This document shows positions 7,104 through 16,004 of a DNA stretch of 64,000 nucleotides, piece after piece. The translations under genes and the position numbers were made by a program. The notes beneath the pieces are model-generated. The model did no database searches and was not told the DNA's origin. It was given only the letters and a program-made list of their open reading frames with translations. Each line of letters starts with the position of its first letter. Position 1 is the stretch's first letter. This DNA comes from Caulobacteraceae bacterium. Lineage in GTDB: Bacteria > Pseudomonadota > Alphaproteobacteria > Caulobacterales > Caulobacteraceae. The stretch covers positions 124,352-188,351 of the forward strand of contig JBOHLG010000002.1 of the NCBI GenBank assembly GCA_050729515.1, read 5' to 3'.

Positions 7104-8303
7104 CTATGCCTTAGCTGGAACCGGTTCCGGCGCGGCGCCGACGAGATGGCGTCCGGTCAGCTCGATGCTGCGCAAGATGGCGTCGGGCTCCAGGAAGCCG
7201 AACTGCATCAGGCACATCATGCGTTCCACCCCGATCGAGGAAAAGCCGCGGATCCTTCGGGCGCAATGATCCGGATCGCCGATCACCACGCAGTCGAGGG
7301 CCTCGAGAACCTCGTGGGCTTCTTCGGGCGCGATCGTCTCGCCCACCGCCATCCGCTTGAGCAGGATGAGCGGCGCCGGATCGTCGGGCTCGATCCGCGT
7401 TTCGTTCGGATCGAGGGTGGCGACCGCGGCGGTGTCGCGCGCCGAATTGGGATGGAGGCCCGCCTTGATCATGTCGTACCAGATGCGGCGAGGCACCTTG
7501 AACGTCTCGGCGGCGGCGTTGACGTACCAGAGGGCGGAGAGGGCGGCGCGATTGCGGATCGCCGCCTCGCGGCTCTCGGCGACATGCACGAAGGTGAAGG
7601 CGCCCTTGCCGGGATTGACGAAGGCGCCGGCCGGCGCACGGCATTGGGCCAGGCCCCCGTCGTGTTCGCGCATCATCTGACCCAGGAACCGGATCGGGGA
7701 AAGCAGGGTCGTTCCAAGCGCGCCCACGCCCAGTTCCCCGGCCATCCGAAAGCTTTCCGGCGAACCGCAGGTCTGCCAGAGGCGCGGATGGGGCTTCTGC
7801 AGAGGCCTGGGCGTCACCGCCCGCGGCGGCAGACGATAGCCGGCAGTGGAAGAAGCGAATTCCTCGTCCGACCACATTTTGGGGATCATCCGCATCGCCT
7901 CGGCAACCTCGTTGCGGGCGGTCTCCGCGTTCACCCCGAACGTCTCCCATTCCTTGCCGCCGGACTTGGCGAGGCCCAATTCCAGCCGACCGCCCGAGAG
8001 GATGTCCAGGGTCGCGGCGCGCTCGGCCACCCGCAGGGGATTGTTGATGAGGAAGGGGGCGAGGACGCCGGCGTGTCCGACCCGAAGCTTCGTCGTCGCC
8101 ATGGCGATGGCGGTGAGCACCATGGCCGGGGCCGAGGAGTGACTGAAATTGGGGGCGCCGTGATGCTCGACCTGCCACCAGATCTCGAAGCCGGCGGCCT
8201 CGGCGGCCTTGGCCTGGGCGATGACCTCGGCGAAGAGGCTCGCCTCGTCGGAGCCGTTCCACGGCGGCGCCCGCTGGATTTCGCAGAAGATGTCGAATTT
8301 CAT
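7104..8303 (-). CDS. LLM-class (luciferase-like) flavin-dependent oxidoreductase
   Basis: I trimmed the start to ATG 8303 (MKFDIFCEIQ...). The run ...AAGFEIWWQVEHHGAPNFSHSSAP...LRVGHAGVL...GGRLELGLAKSGG is typical of bacterial luciferase-like monooxygenases. Confidence 0.85.
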   Translation of the reverse strand: MKFDIFCEIQRAPPWNGSDEASLFAEVIAQAKAAEAAGFEIWWQVEHHGAPNFSHSSAPAMVLTAIAMATTKLRVGHAGVLAPFLINNPLRVAERAATLDILSGGRLELGLAKSGGKEWETFGVNAETARNEVAEAMRMIPKMWSDEEFASSTAGYRLPPRAVTPRPLQKPHPRLWQTCGSPESFRMAGELGVGALGTTLLSPIRFLGQMMREHDGGLAQCRAPAGAFVNPGKGAFTFVHVAESREAAIRNRAALSALWYVNAAAETFKVPRRIWYDMIKAGLHPNSARDTAAVATLDPNETRIEPDDPAPLILLKRMAVGETIAPEEAHEVLEALDCVVIGDPDHCARRIRGFSSIGVERMMCLMQFGFLEPDAILRSIELTGRHLVGAAPEPVPAKA

Positions 8304-8346
8304 CGGCCGGCTCCCTGGCTCAGACCCTCGCCCAAGGCCGCTCTTA

Positions 8347-8394
8347 ACATAACTCGCGTTCTGTAAAATAGGGAAAACATAACGATCGTTATGT
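8347..8394. promoter_or_regulatory. Two tandem palindromic operator candidates in the divergent LLM/TetR intergenic region
   Basis: There is a perfect 18-bp palindrome ACATAACGATCGTTATGT at 8377-8394. An imperfect copy, ACATAACtcgcGTTcTGT, sits at 8347-8364. Both lie between the divergent starts at 8303 (-) and 8486 (+). Confidence 0.45.
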
Positions 8395-8485
8395 ATCGAG
8401 CCGTCGGCGCGGCGGGCTTGCCGGCGACGCGGCGATGGCGCAATCACGCTCCGGGACCTGGCCTGCGCCGCGGGGAGGCGAGCCG

Positions 8486-9148
8486 ATGACCAAGCACGCC
8501 GAGCATCAGGAGCGGCGCGAGCGCTTCGCCGCCGCCGCCCTGCGCGTCATCATGAGGGTGGGGGTGGGGGGCCTCACCGTGCGCGAGGTCTCCAAGGAGG
8601 CCGGCTTCACCACCGGCGCCCTCACCCACTATTTCCAATCCAAGGACCAGGTGCTGATCGAGGCCTCGGAATATTCCGCCCGGCTGGTGCGCCCGCGCAT
8701 GGAGCGGATGGGCCGCGAGGACGCCGCCCTGGTGGCGCTGCGCAGAGTGGTCGCCGAGGCCCTTCCGATCACCCCGACCATCCGAGGCTATTGGCGGATC
8801 TGGGTCGGGTTCTGGGAGCGATCGAGCTACAACCCCGCCGTCGCCAAGGTGATGCGGGCGCGATACGAGGAATGGCGCGGGCGCCTGGCGGTGATCGTCC
8901 GGCGCGCCCAGGCGGAAGGCGCGGTCCCCGAAAAGGTCGATGCCGAACTGGCGGCCCAGGAGCTGGTGGCCCTCGTCGACGGCATCGGGGTCCAGGTGCT
9001 TCTCGGCTCCGGGCGCATCCCCGCCCGACGCCAGCGCGAGATCATCGACACCTGGGTCGAATCCCTCGCGGCCGGACGGGCGGGCCGCCGGAGCGCGCCG
9101 TTCCGACGGGCCGCGTCCCGGCGCCCGCGGCCGAGCGCCGGAACATAA
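8486..9148 (+). CDS. TetR/AcrR-family transcriptional regulator
   Basis: I trimmed the start to ATG 8486 (MTKHAEHQERRERF...). The N-terminal HTH (FAAAALRVIMRVGVGGLTVREVSKEAGFTTGALTHYFQSKDQVL) is classic TetR_N. Confidence 0.85.
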   Translation: MTKHAEHQERRERFAAAALRVIMRVGVGGLTVREVSKEAGFTTGALTHYFQSKDQVLIEASEYSARLVRPRMERMGREDAALVALRRVVAEALPITPTIRGYWRIWVGFWERSSYNPAVAKVMRARYEEWRGRLAVIVRRAQAEGAVPEKVDAELAAQELVALVDGIGVQVLLGSGRIPARRQREIIDTWVESLAAGRAGRRSAPFRRAASRRPRPSAGT

Positions 9149-9193
9149 CACTCGATACGAAACTGCTTCACTTTTCCGGAACGCTTGTTATGG
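9143..9193. promoter_or_regulatory. Split copy of the ACATAAC/GTTATG half-sites upstream of the TonB-dependent receptor
   Basis: ACATAAC at 9143-9149 and GTTATGg at 9187-9193 are each preceded by CCGGAAC. They lie between the TetR stop and the receptor start at 9258. Confidence 0.3.
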
Positions 9194-9257
9194 TCTCCGT
9201 CGAGGCCGTCGCTGCGCTGCGCTGCGCGCGGCCGGCCGCCTGAGGGGAGGGTGGATC

Positions 9258-11618
9258 ATGCGATCCTGGTCGAAAGGTCTTTTCGCGGGAGCGAGCCTCG
9301 TCGCCCTCCTCGCCGCCCCTTCGTTCGTCTTCGCCGCCGATCAGGCCACTCCGGCCGAGGCCGCCGCGCCTCCGGTCCAGGGCCAGACCCCGGCCCCGAC
9401 CCAGGTCGGGGAGCTCGTGGTGACGGCCGAGCGGCGCGCCGAGGACATCCAGAAGGTGCCGCTGGCGATCACCGCCATCGAGGGAACGGCCCTCGACAGC
9501 CAGGGGATCACCGGTTTCGCCGACCTCTCCCAGCGCGTTCCCTCCCTCCGCTTCGGGGCCGGGGTCACCGGAGGGGAGAACGTCATCACCATGCGGGGCC
9601 TGGGGAGCCAGAACACCACACCGGGCGGCGACTCGCCGGTCGCCTACAATGTCGATGGCGTCTATCTGCAGCGGACCACCGCGATCGATCCGGAATTCTA
9701 CGACATCAACCGCATCGAAGTGCTCCGCGGGCCGCAGGGCACCCTCTATGGGCGCAACTCGGTGGGCGGCTCGATCAACGTCATCACCAACAAGCCCAGC
9801 GACGTCTTCGAGGCGGGCGGCGACATGATGTTCGGCAACTACGACGCCACCGTCTTCCGCGGCTACATCTCCGGTCCGATCTTCCACTCCGGCGATGTCA
9901 CCATCGAAGGGCGGCTGACCGCGATCCATGCCGAGCACAACGGCTATGCAACCAATCTCTCCACCGCCCCGACCGCCAGTCACAACGAGGATGGCGAGGA
10001 TTACACCCTGGTCCGGGGCCAGCTGAAGTTCGACTTCGGCTCGAACATCGACCTGCTCCTGGAGGCGAGCACCAGCCAGAACTATGCGCCGGCCGCGTTC
10101 AACGTCGCCTGGTGGGAGACGCCCGAGCGCTACATGGTTGATAACGGCGATCCGGGCCAGGCGCCAATCCCGGCCGGCTCGACGTGCGACTTCAGCGCGC
10201 CGGCGAAGTTCAATCCGCGCGTCTTCTGCCACGATACCTCGGACGCCGCCTCGAACCGGCTGGGCTTCTACGCCGCCACCCTCAACTGGCGTCTGCCGTT
10301 CGCGACCTTCACCTCGGTGACCGGGTGGAGCAACAGCCATGTCAGCCAGAACAGCGACGGGGACGGCTCGGATCTTCCGATCGCCATCGGCGCGCCCTGG
10401 CTCCTGCGCCAGAGCCAGTTCTCCCAGGAGTTCCGCCTGGCCTCGCTCGCCGGGCCTTCGCCGGCGACCTGGCTCGTCGGCTTCATCTACTTCTATGCCG
10501 ATAACTACGAGAACTTCGGCTACGCCGACACCGGATACAACGACATCTTCCTCTTCCCCGGCGCCTTGGACGAATACACGTTCCTCAGTCACGGCATCAA
10601 CAAGACCAAGTCCTGGGCGCCATTCGGCCAGATCGACTATGACCTCTCAAAGACTTCGCTCAACGTTCCGCTCACCATCACTCTGGGCCTGCGCTACACC
10701 CACGATCAGAGATACGGGTACAACTACCTCGACTACATCCTGCCGCTCCTGGGCGTGAACTCGATCACCCAAGGCCCCTTCGACGCCTCATGGGGCCAGG
10801 TGACCGGCAAGTTCGGCCTCCGCTACCAGCTGAGCCCGACGGTGATGGCCTACGCCTCGATCTCTCGGGGCTATCTTTCCGGCGGCGACATCATCGGCCT
10901 GGCCCACATCTACAGTCCCGAGACCCTGTGGTCGGGTGAAGCGGGCTTGAAGTCGCGCTTCTGGGACGATCGCGTGCAGCTCGACCTCGCCGCCTATCGC
11001 GAGGCGATCAACGGCCTGCAGGTGTTCATCCAGAGCTCGACCCAGTCGGGCATCAACAACGTCAACGGAACGACCTTCGTCGACGGCCTGGAGGCCGAGT
11101 TCGCCTTCGTGCCGGCCCCCGACCTGCGGTTGAACGCCGCCCTCACCCTCACCGACGCCAAGTACGGCCGCTACATCACCACCGACACCCGGTTCGGCGG
11201 GCCGGGGCCGGGATGCAACGCGGTGACCCTGCTCTGCAACTTCCAGGGCAACGAGCTCAATCAGTCGCCGCCGTACACGCTCGATCTCGGCGCCCAGTAC
11301 ACGTTCCACACCTCGATGGGATCGTTCACGCCGAGGATCGACAGCTTCTTCTCCGGCCGAGTGCAGTTTCTGCCGGACAACTACTTCACCTCGACCCAGA
11401 AGGCCTACCACATGACCGACCTTCACCTGATCTGGCTGGGCCCGAAAGGTCGCTACACCGTCGATGCCTTCGTCAAGAACCTGGAGAACGCCAACGTGAT
11501 CTCCAACGACGGACTGCAGGGGATCAACCTCGGCCAGCAGGCGCTCGAGCCGGACAATTTCGTCTACTATCCGCCCAGGACCTATGGCGTGAGGATCGGG
11601 GTCAACCTCGGAGGCTGA
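9258..11618 (+). CDS. TonB-dependent outer-membrane receptor
   Basis: I trimmed the start to ATG 9258, preceded by GAGGGGAGGG. It has a signal peptide (MRSWSKGLFAGASLVALLAAPSFVFAADQ). The plug region reads VVTAERRAEDIQKVPLAITAI..., followed by IEVLRGPQGTLYGRNSVGGSINVIT. It has the characteristic aromatic-rich C-terminal barrel ending ...YGVRIGVNLGG. Confidence 0.9.
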   Translation: MRSWSKGLFAGASLVALLAAPSFVFAADQATPAEAAAPPVQGQTPAPTQVGELVVTAERRAEDIQKVPLAITAIEGTALDSQGITGFADLSQRVPSLRFGAGVTGGENVITMRGLGSQNTTPGGDSPVAYNVDGVYLQRTTAIDPEFYDINRIEVLRGPQGTLYGRNSVGGSINVITNKPSDVFEAGGDMMFGNYDATVFRGYISGPIFHSGDVTIEGRLTAIHAEHNGYATNLSTAPTASHNEDGEDYTLVRGQLKFDFGSNIDLLLEASTSQNYAPAAFNVAWWETPERYMVDNGDPGQAPIPAGSTCDFSAPAKFNPRVFCHDTSDAASNRLGFYAATLNWRLPFATFTSVTGWSNSHVSQNSDGDGSDLPIAIGAPWLLRQSQFSQEFRLASLAGPSPATWLVGFIYFYADNYENFGYADTGYNDIFLFPGALDEYTFLSHGINKTKSWAPFGQIDYDLSKTSLNVPLTITLGLRYTHDQRYGYNYLDYILPLLGVNSITQGPFDASWGQVTGKFGLRYQLSPTVMAYASISRGYLSGGDIIGLAHIYSPETLWSGEAGLKSRFWDDRVQLDLAAYREAINGLQVFIQSSTQSGINNVNGTTFVDGLEAEFAFVPAPDLRLNAALTLTDAKYGRYITTDTRFGGPGPGCNAVTLLCNFQGNELNQSPPYTLDLGAQYTFHTSMGSFTPRIDSFFSGRVQFLPDNYFTSTQKAYHMTDLHLIWLGPKGRYTVDAFVKNLENANVISNDGLQGINLGQQALEPDNFVYYPPRTYGVRIGVNLGG

Positions 11619-11685
11619 GCCGAAGCCTGGAAATCGGTCGCCAGGGCGCCGGCGGGGCGCCGCGGGCGCGAAGGAGTGCAAGAAG

Positions 11686-12201
11686 ATGGCGCAGTGGCGT
11701 CTTGAGAATTTCTACCACACGGTCGTCAACGCCCGCGATCTCGACGAAAGCGTCGCCTTCTACAAGCTGCTCGGCTTCGAGGTCCTCAACGACCGGCGAG
11801 AGGTGGTCTGGCCCGACTTCGTGGCCGAGATCTTCGGCATGCGGCGGGCCAAGGGGAAGGGCGTCCTCATGGTGCTGCCGAGCGATCCTAACGGGCCGAT
11901 GATCGACATCATCGAATGGGTCGAGCCCAAGGCCCGCTTCCCCGATCCCGAAAAGGCCCGCGAGGAAGTTCCGCGGATCCTCGCCTTCCGCACGAAGGGC
12001 GTCCATGCCGCCTGGAAGGAGCTCTCGGCCAAGGGCGTGAAGTTCTGTCGCGAGGTCTTTACGCCGGATAAGGACCTGGGTCTCGTCGGCTCCTGCTGTT
12101 GCCACGATCCCAACGGCAACCTCGTCGAGCTGATCGAGCTTCAGCCCGGCGTGCGCCACTCGCGGGCCAACGAGGCCCTGCTTTCCAAGGACGCGGGATG
12201 A
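11686..12201 (+). CDS. VOC-family (glyoxalase/bleomycin-resistance/dioxygenase fold) protein
   Basis: FYHTVVNARDLDESVAFYKLLGFEV...DPNGNLVELIE is the typical VOC pattern. AAGGAG lies upstream of the ATG. Confidence 0.8.
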   Translation: MAQWRLENFYHTVVNARDLDESVAFYKLLGFEVLNDRREVVWPDFVAEIFGMRRAKGKGVLMVLPSDPNGPMIDIIEWVEPKARFPDPEKAREEVPRILAFRTKGVHAAWKELSAKGVKFCREVFTPDKDLGLVGSCCCHDPNGNLVELIELQPGVRHSRANEALLSKDAG

Positions 12202-13121
12202 TCACCCGGACCCCGGCGGAGATGGAGGCGCTCTTCGCGCGCGTCTGCAACTGGGGACGGTGGGGTGAGGATGACGAGCGCGGGACCCTCAATCACCTGA
12301 CCGCGACCGAGGCCAAGGCGGCGGCGGCCCTGGTCTTGGAAGGCGCGACCCTCAGCCTGTCGCGCGATTTTCCGACCCAGCCCGGACCCGACAACCCCTG
12401 GCCGGCCCAGCACCACATGGTCATCGCCGGCGATGACTGCTGCATCCCCGCCGCCGGCGGCCTGGAGGCCTCGACCGACTTCATCGGCATCGCCTTCCAC
12501 GGCATGGCGGCGAGCCACCTGGACGCCCTCTGCCACGTCTTCCAGGGTGGACGGATGTACGGCGGGCGGCCGGCCGCGGAGGTGAAGAGCACAGGGGCGA
12601 GGCGCAACACCGTCATGACGCTCAAGGATGGCCTGGCTGGCCGGGCGGTGCTCCTCGATGCGCCGCGCAAGCTGGCGATTCCGTTCGTCGAACCCGATCA
12701 CGCCCTCGGGGTCGAGGAGCTCGAGCGTATCGAGGCCCGCTCGAACGTCCGGGTCGGCAAGGGAGACGTGGTGCTGGTGCGGACCGGCCGCGACGCGCGC
12801 CGCAGCCGGGTCGATGATCAGCGCGTCGCGGGCCTGGCCCCAGAGGCGGCGCTTTGGCTGCACGAAAGGCAGGCCTCGGTCCTGGGAGGCGATGGCGTCC
12901 ACGACCCGGTTCCTCCCGGCCGGATGGCGCCCGGATGGCCGATGCCCATCCATATGCTGGGCCTGGTCGCCATGGGCCTGCACCTACTCGACAATCTCGA
13001 CCTGGAAGCGGTCGGCGAGAAGTGCGCGGCAATCGGCCGGTGGGAGTTCCTTCTGACCCTCGCGCCGCTCCGCATCATCGGCGGCACGGGCTCTCCCCTG
13101 AACCCGATCGCGATGTTCTGA
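12198..13121 (+). CDS. Cyclase-family protein (kynurenine-formamidase-like fold)
   Basis: I trimmed the start to ATG 12198, which forms an ATGA overlap with the VOC gene stop. N-terminal WGRWGEDDERGTLNHLT and FHGMAASHLDALCHVF resemble the metal-binding His/Asp motif of putative cyclases. Confidence 0.7.
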   Translation: MITRTPAEMEALFARVCNWGRWGEDDERGTLNHLTATEAKAAAALVLEGATLSLSRDFPTQPGPDNPWPAQHHMVIAGDDCCIPAAGGLEASTDFIGIAFHGMAASHLDALCHVFQGGRMYGGRPAAEVKSTGARRNTVMTLKDGLAGRAVLLDAPRKLAIPFVEPDHALGVEELERIEARSNVRVGKGDVVLVRTGRDARRSRVDDQRVAGLAPEAALWLHERQASVLGGDGVHDPVPPGRMAPGWPMPIHMLGLVAMGLHLLDNLDLEAVGEKCAAIGRWEFLLTLAPLRIIGGTGSPLNPIAMF

Positions 13122-13233
13122 GCCCGGTCGCGCCCCGCTCGGCAGCGCTCTAGGCGAAAACGCACCGAGACGCGACAATCCCGCCGCGTCTGGATGCGCC
13201 CCAAATGCGCTTCGGCGCCCGGAACTCAGATCC

Positions 13234-13815
13234 TCACTGGCTCGGAGGCGTCGCCGGCGTCGCCGCGGTGGTCGAGGCTGGGGCCGCCGCGTGATGGTGG
13301 CGTCTCACCGCATGATGGCGACGCGCATGATGCGTCTTCGGCGCCATGGTCCCGGCGGGGGGCGCGGCTGCGGCGGTTCCAGCCGTCGCGGCGGCGTGGT
13401 GATGCCTGGCGTGATGGCGCCTGGCGTGGCGGCGGTGGTGGAGACGCCCGTGATGCCGGCCATGACGGCGGCCATGACGAGTCTCGACAGCCGGACCAGG
13501 GGGATTGGGGATGGGCTGCATGGTCGCCTGGGGCGCGGTGGCCTCGCTCGCCGAGGGAGCCGCCTCGGTCGCCGGAGGCGCCGCCTCGTTGGTGGCCGGC
13601 GGGGTCGCCGGAGGCGCGGCGTTCTGGTCGCTCGGGGTCGGGACAGCCGCCGGAGCGGCCGAGCCGGTGGACGACTGCGACTCGTCCGAGTTGGACTGCG
13701 GTTGGCTCGGCGTGCCGGCCGGCGGATTGGCCTGCATGTTGTCCTGGGCGACGGCGGCGCCGCCGACGAGCGCCGCGGCCGCGAACACGGCGACGGCAAG
13801 GCCTGGAAGCTTCAT
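13234..13815 (-). CDS. Secreted low-complexity protein: signal peptide, Pro/Ala/Thr-rich spacer and His/Arg-rich C-terminal repeats
   Basis: Five overlapping ORFs cover this region. I chose this one because it has a clear signal peptide (MKLPGLAVAVFAAAALVGGAAVAQD), a GAGGGA upstream of the ATG, and GC-rich third codon positions. The C-terminus reads HGRRHGRHHGRLHHRRHARRHHARHHH ... HHARRHHAVRRHHH. Confidence 0.55.
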   Translation of the reverse strand: MKLPGLAVAVFAAAALVGGAAVAQDNMQANPPAGTPSQPQSNSDESQSSTGSAAPAAVPTPSDQNAAPPATPPATNEAAPPATEAAPSASEATAPQATMQPIPNPPGPAVETRHGRRHGRHHGRLHHRRHARRHHARHHHAAATAGTAAAAPPAGTMAPKTHHARRHHAVRRHHHAAAPASTTAATPATPPSQ

Positions 13816-14236
13816 GATCTCGTTTCCCTCGCAAGGATGGCCGGCCCCTGGAGGTAACGGGGCCCCATCGGCGAGATACAGCTATCCGCAAACTTGGAAA
13901 ACAACAATCGCAAAACGAGAAGAGCGCCGCTCGGAGGGCGTCGCCTCAAGGCCGTGCGGTGTTGGTCCGCCAACGAACGGTCCCGAGTCCGAAGGAGACG
14001 GGAGAGGACTGGCTCCGCGCCCGCCGGTTGGCTTGACTCGACCAGTCAAGAAGGCCATCTCCGCCGCGCGCCGCTGCGCCCTGCAAGAACTCGGCGCACA
14101 ACGTCAACCCCTTCCAGATCCATGCCCAGCGACAGTCCAGGTCAACCAAGCCGGCCGCTCTAGCCTCGCTCCCTGAGGCCCTCCCTCCTCGAGGGCCGCC
14201 TCGTGCGTCGCAAGGCGGCTCCCACGAGGCTCACCG

Positions 14237-15985
14237 ATGGTCTTTCTTTCTCCAGACCGGATGAACGTCGGCGTCCTGGCGCGCTTTGCGCGCCGCCGCT
14301 TCGCGCCCAATCGATTCGACCTCATCGCGCTCGCCCTCATCGGGGCCGCGGCGATCCTGGTGGTGCACGGCGCGCGCGAAATGAACCTTCCGATCGCCGC
14401 GTTGCACGGCGAGAGCGTGAGCCTCGATCCTGCGCGGCTTCCCGAATACGCCCTTCGCACCACCCTTCGCATGTTCGCGGCGATCTTCGCCTCGCTCGTC
14501 TTCACCTTCACCGTCGCCACCGCCGCCGCCAAGAGCCGCAAGGCGGGCCTGGTCATCGTCCCCATGCTGGACATCCTGCAGTCGGTGCCGGTCTTGGGAT
14601 TCCTTCCCTTCACGGTGACTTTCTTCATCGGGCTCTTCCCGACCAGCGAACTGGGCGCCGAGCTCGCCTCGATCTTCGCCATCTTCACCGCCCAGGCGTG
14701 GAACATGGCGTTCAGCTTCTACCAGTCGCTGCGCACGCTGCCCGCCGATCTGGAGGACGTCGCCCGCCAATTCGGGCTCTCGCCGTGGCGCCGCTTCTGG
14801 CGGCTCGAGCTTCCCTTCGCCACCCCCGCCCTGGTGTGGAACACCATGATGTCGATGTCGGGGAGCTGGTTCTTCCTGGTCGCCTCGGAAGCCTTTTCGG
14901 TGGGAAGGACCCGGATCACCCTTCCCGGCATCGGCTCCTGGCTGGCCCTGGCCATCGACCGCCGCGACATCGGCGCGGTGGGCGTAGCGGTGGGGGCGAT
15001 GGCGGTGGTGATCCTCCTCTACGACCAGCTCCTCTTCCGCCCCATCGTCGCCTGGGCCGACAAGTTCCGCTTCGAGCAGACCGCCTCGGAGGAGGAGCCG
15101 AAGTCCTGGTTCTTCGACGTCCTGCGCCGCACGCGCCTCCTCGCCCGCCTGACCCGCCCGCTCGCCGCCATGGCCCGCGCCGCGCCGGCCCCACGCCTGC
15201 CGAGGATCGGCCTCCCGCGGATCGAGGGCCGCGGCGCCTCCCGCGTGGTGGACGCGTTCTGGCTGGCGCTGGTGGGCCTGGCCACCGCGGCGGCCTTCTT
15301 CGCCATCGCCCGCTACATCGCCGGCGAGCTCCGCTGGCGCGATGTCGAGGGCGCGGCGCTGGACGGCGCCTTCACGCTCGCCCGTGTCCTGGCGGTGATC
15401 GTCATCTCCTCGCTCATCTGGGTCCCGGTGGGCGCGTGGATCGGTCTTCGCCCCAAATGGGCCGAACGGATCCAGCCCCTCGCCCAGTTCCTCGCCGCCT
15501 TCCCGGCCAACGTCGTTTATCCGCTGGTGGTGGTGGCCATCGTCGCCGCCGGAGCCGATCCCAACGTCTGGCTCACCTTCCTCATGCTGTTGGGCGCCCA
15601 GTGGTACATTCTCTTCAACGTCGTGGCTGGCGCCAGTGCGATCCCCAATGACCTCAAGGAGGTCGCCGGGATCTTCGGCCTCGGCTCGCCCCAGAAGTGG
15701 CGCGAGCTCATCGGTCCGGCCATCTTCCCTTATTTCATCACCGGCGCCCTCACAGCCTCGGGCGGGGCGTGGAACGCCAGCATCGTCGCCGAGGTGGCGA
15801 GTTGGGGCCGCACCCACCTGGAGGCGAAGGGCGTAGGCGCTTACATCGCCGAGGCGAGCGCGGCCGGCGATTTTCGGCGCGTCGCGCTGGGCGTGGTGGT
15901 GATGAGCGTTTTCGTCATCGTCCTCAACCGGAGCCTCTGGCGTCCGCTCTACGCCTTCGGCGAGCGGCGCCTGAGACTGGACTAA
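14237..15985 (+). CDS. Fused double ABC-transporter permease (NitT/TauT, SsuC-like family)
   Basis: At 582 aa it is about twice the normal permease length. Two EAA-type loops are visible: LPADLEDVARQFGLSPWRRFWRLELPFATPAL and IPNDLKEVAGIFGLGSPQKWRELIGPAIFPYF. Confidence 0.85.
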   Translation: MVFLSPDRMNVGVLARFARRRFAPNRFDLIALALIGAAAILVVHGAREMNLPIAALHGESVSLDPARLPEYALRTTLRMFAAIFASLVFTFTVATAAAKSRKAGLVIVPMLDILQSVPVLGFLPFTVTFFIGLFPTSELGAELASIFAIFTAQAWNMAFSFYQSLRTLPADLEDVARQFGLSPWRRFWRLELPFATPALVWNTMMSMSGSWFFLVASEAFSVGRTRITLPGIGSWLALAIDRRDIGAVGVAVGAMAVVILLYDQLLFRPIVAWADKFRFEQTASEEEPKSWFFDVLRRTRLLARLTRPLAAMARAAPAPRLPRIGLPRIEGRGASRVVDAFWLALVGLATAAAFFAIARYIAGELRWRDVEGAALDGAFTLARVLAVIVISSLIWVPVGAWIGLRPKWAERIQPLAQFLAAFPANVVYPLVVVAIVAAGADPNVWLTFLMLLGAQWYILFNVVAGASAIPNDLKEVAGIFGLGSPQKWRELIGPAIFPYFITGALTASGGAWNASIVAEVASWGRTHLEAKGVGAYIAEASAAGDFRRVALGVVVMSVFVIVLNRSLWRPLYAFGERRLRLD

Positions 15986-16004
15986 GCAAAGAGGCCAAAC
16001 GCCC

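Noticed and set aside
7098-8366. Long ORFs antisense to, or out of frame with, real genes. Examples: 7098..8366 (+), 7111..8262 (-), 9168..10592 (-), 14231..16006 (-), 15924..17291 (-), 25475..26881 (-), 38975..40093 (-), 50901..52421 (-), 54158..56050 (+), 56840..59203 (+), 59254..61296 (+).
   Set aside because: Their translations are Arg/Gly/Pro/Asp-rich with no recognisable motifs. Each overlaps a gene with clear family signatures on the other strand or in another frame. Such stop-free shadow frames are expected in DNA of about 65-70% GC.
8940-9257. N-terminal extensions of several track ORFs. Examples: TonB receptor from 8940, cyoB from 50319, cyoC from 50957, Gfo/Idh/MocA from 16583, DUF2891 from 27821, aldolase/SDR from 35477, GMC from 56044, TPP enzyme from 59449.
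   Set aside because: The extensions overlap the preceding gene and read as low-complexity R/P/G sequence. Internal starts with an RBS or stop-start overlaps coincide with the beginning of the recognisable domains or signal peptides.
13194-13891. Alternative frames over the His-rich protein region: 13194..13817 (+), 13226..13891 (-), 13291..13857 (+), 13305..13799 (-).
   Set aside because: Only the 13234..13815 (-) frame has a signal peptide, an RBS-like GAGGGA and GC-rich third positions. The others are Arg/Gly/Pro-rich shadow frames.
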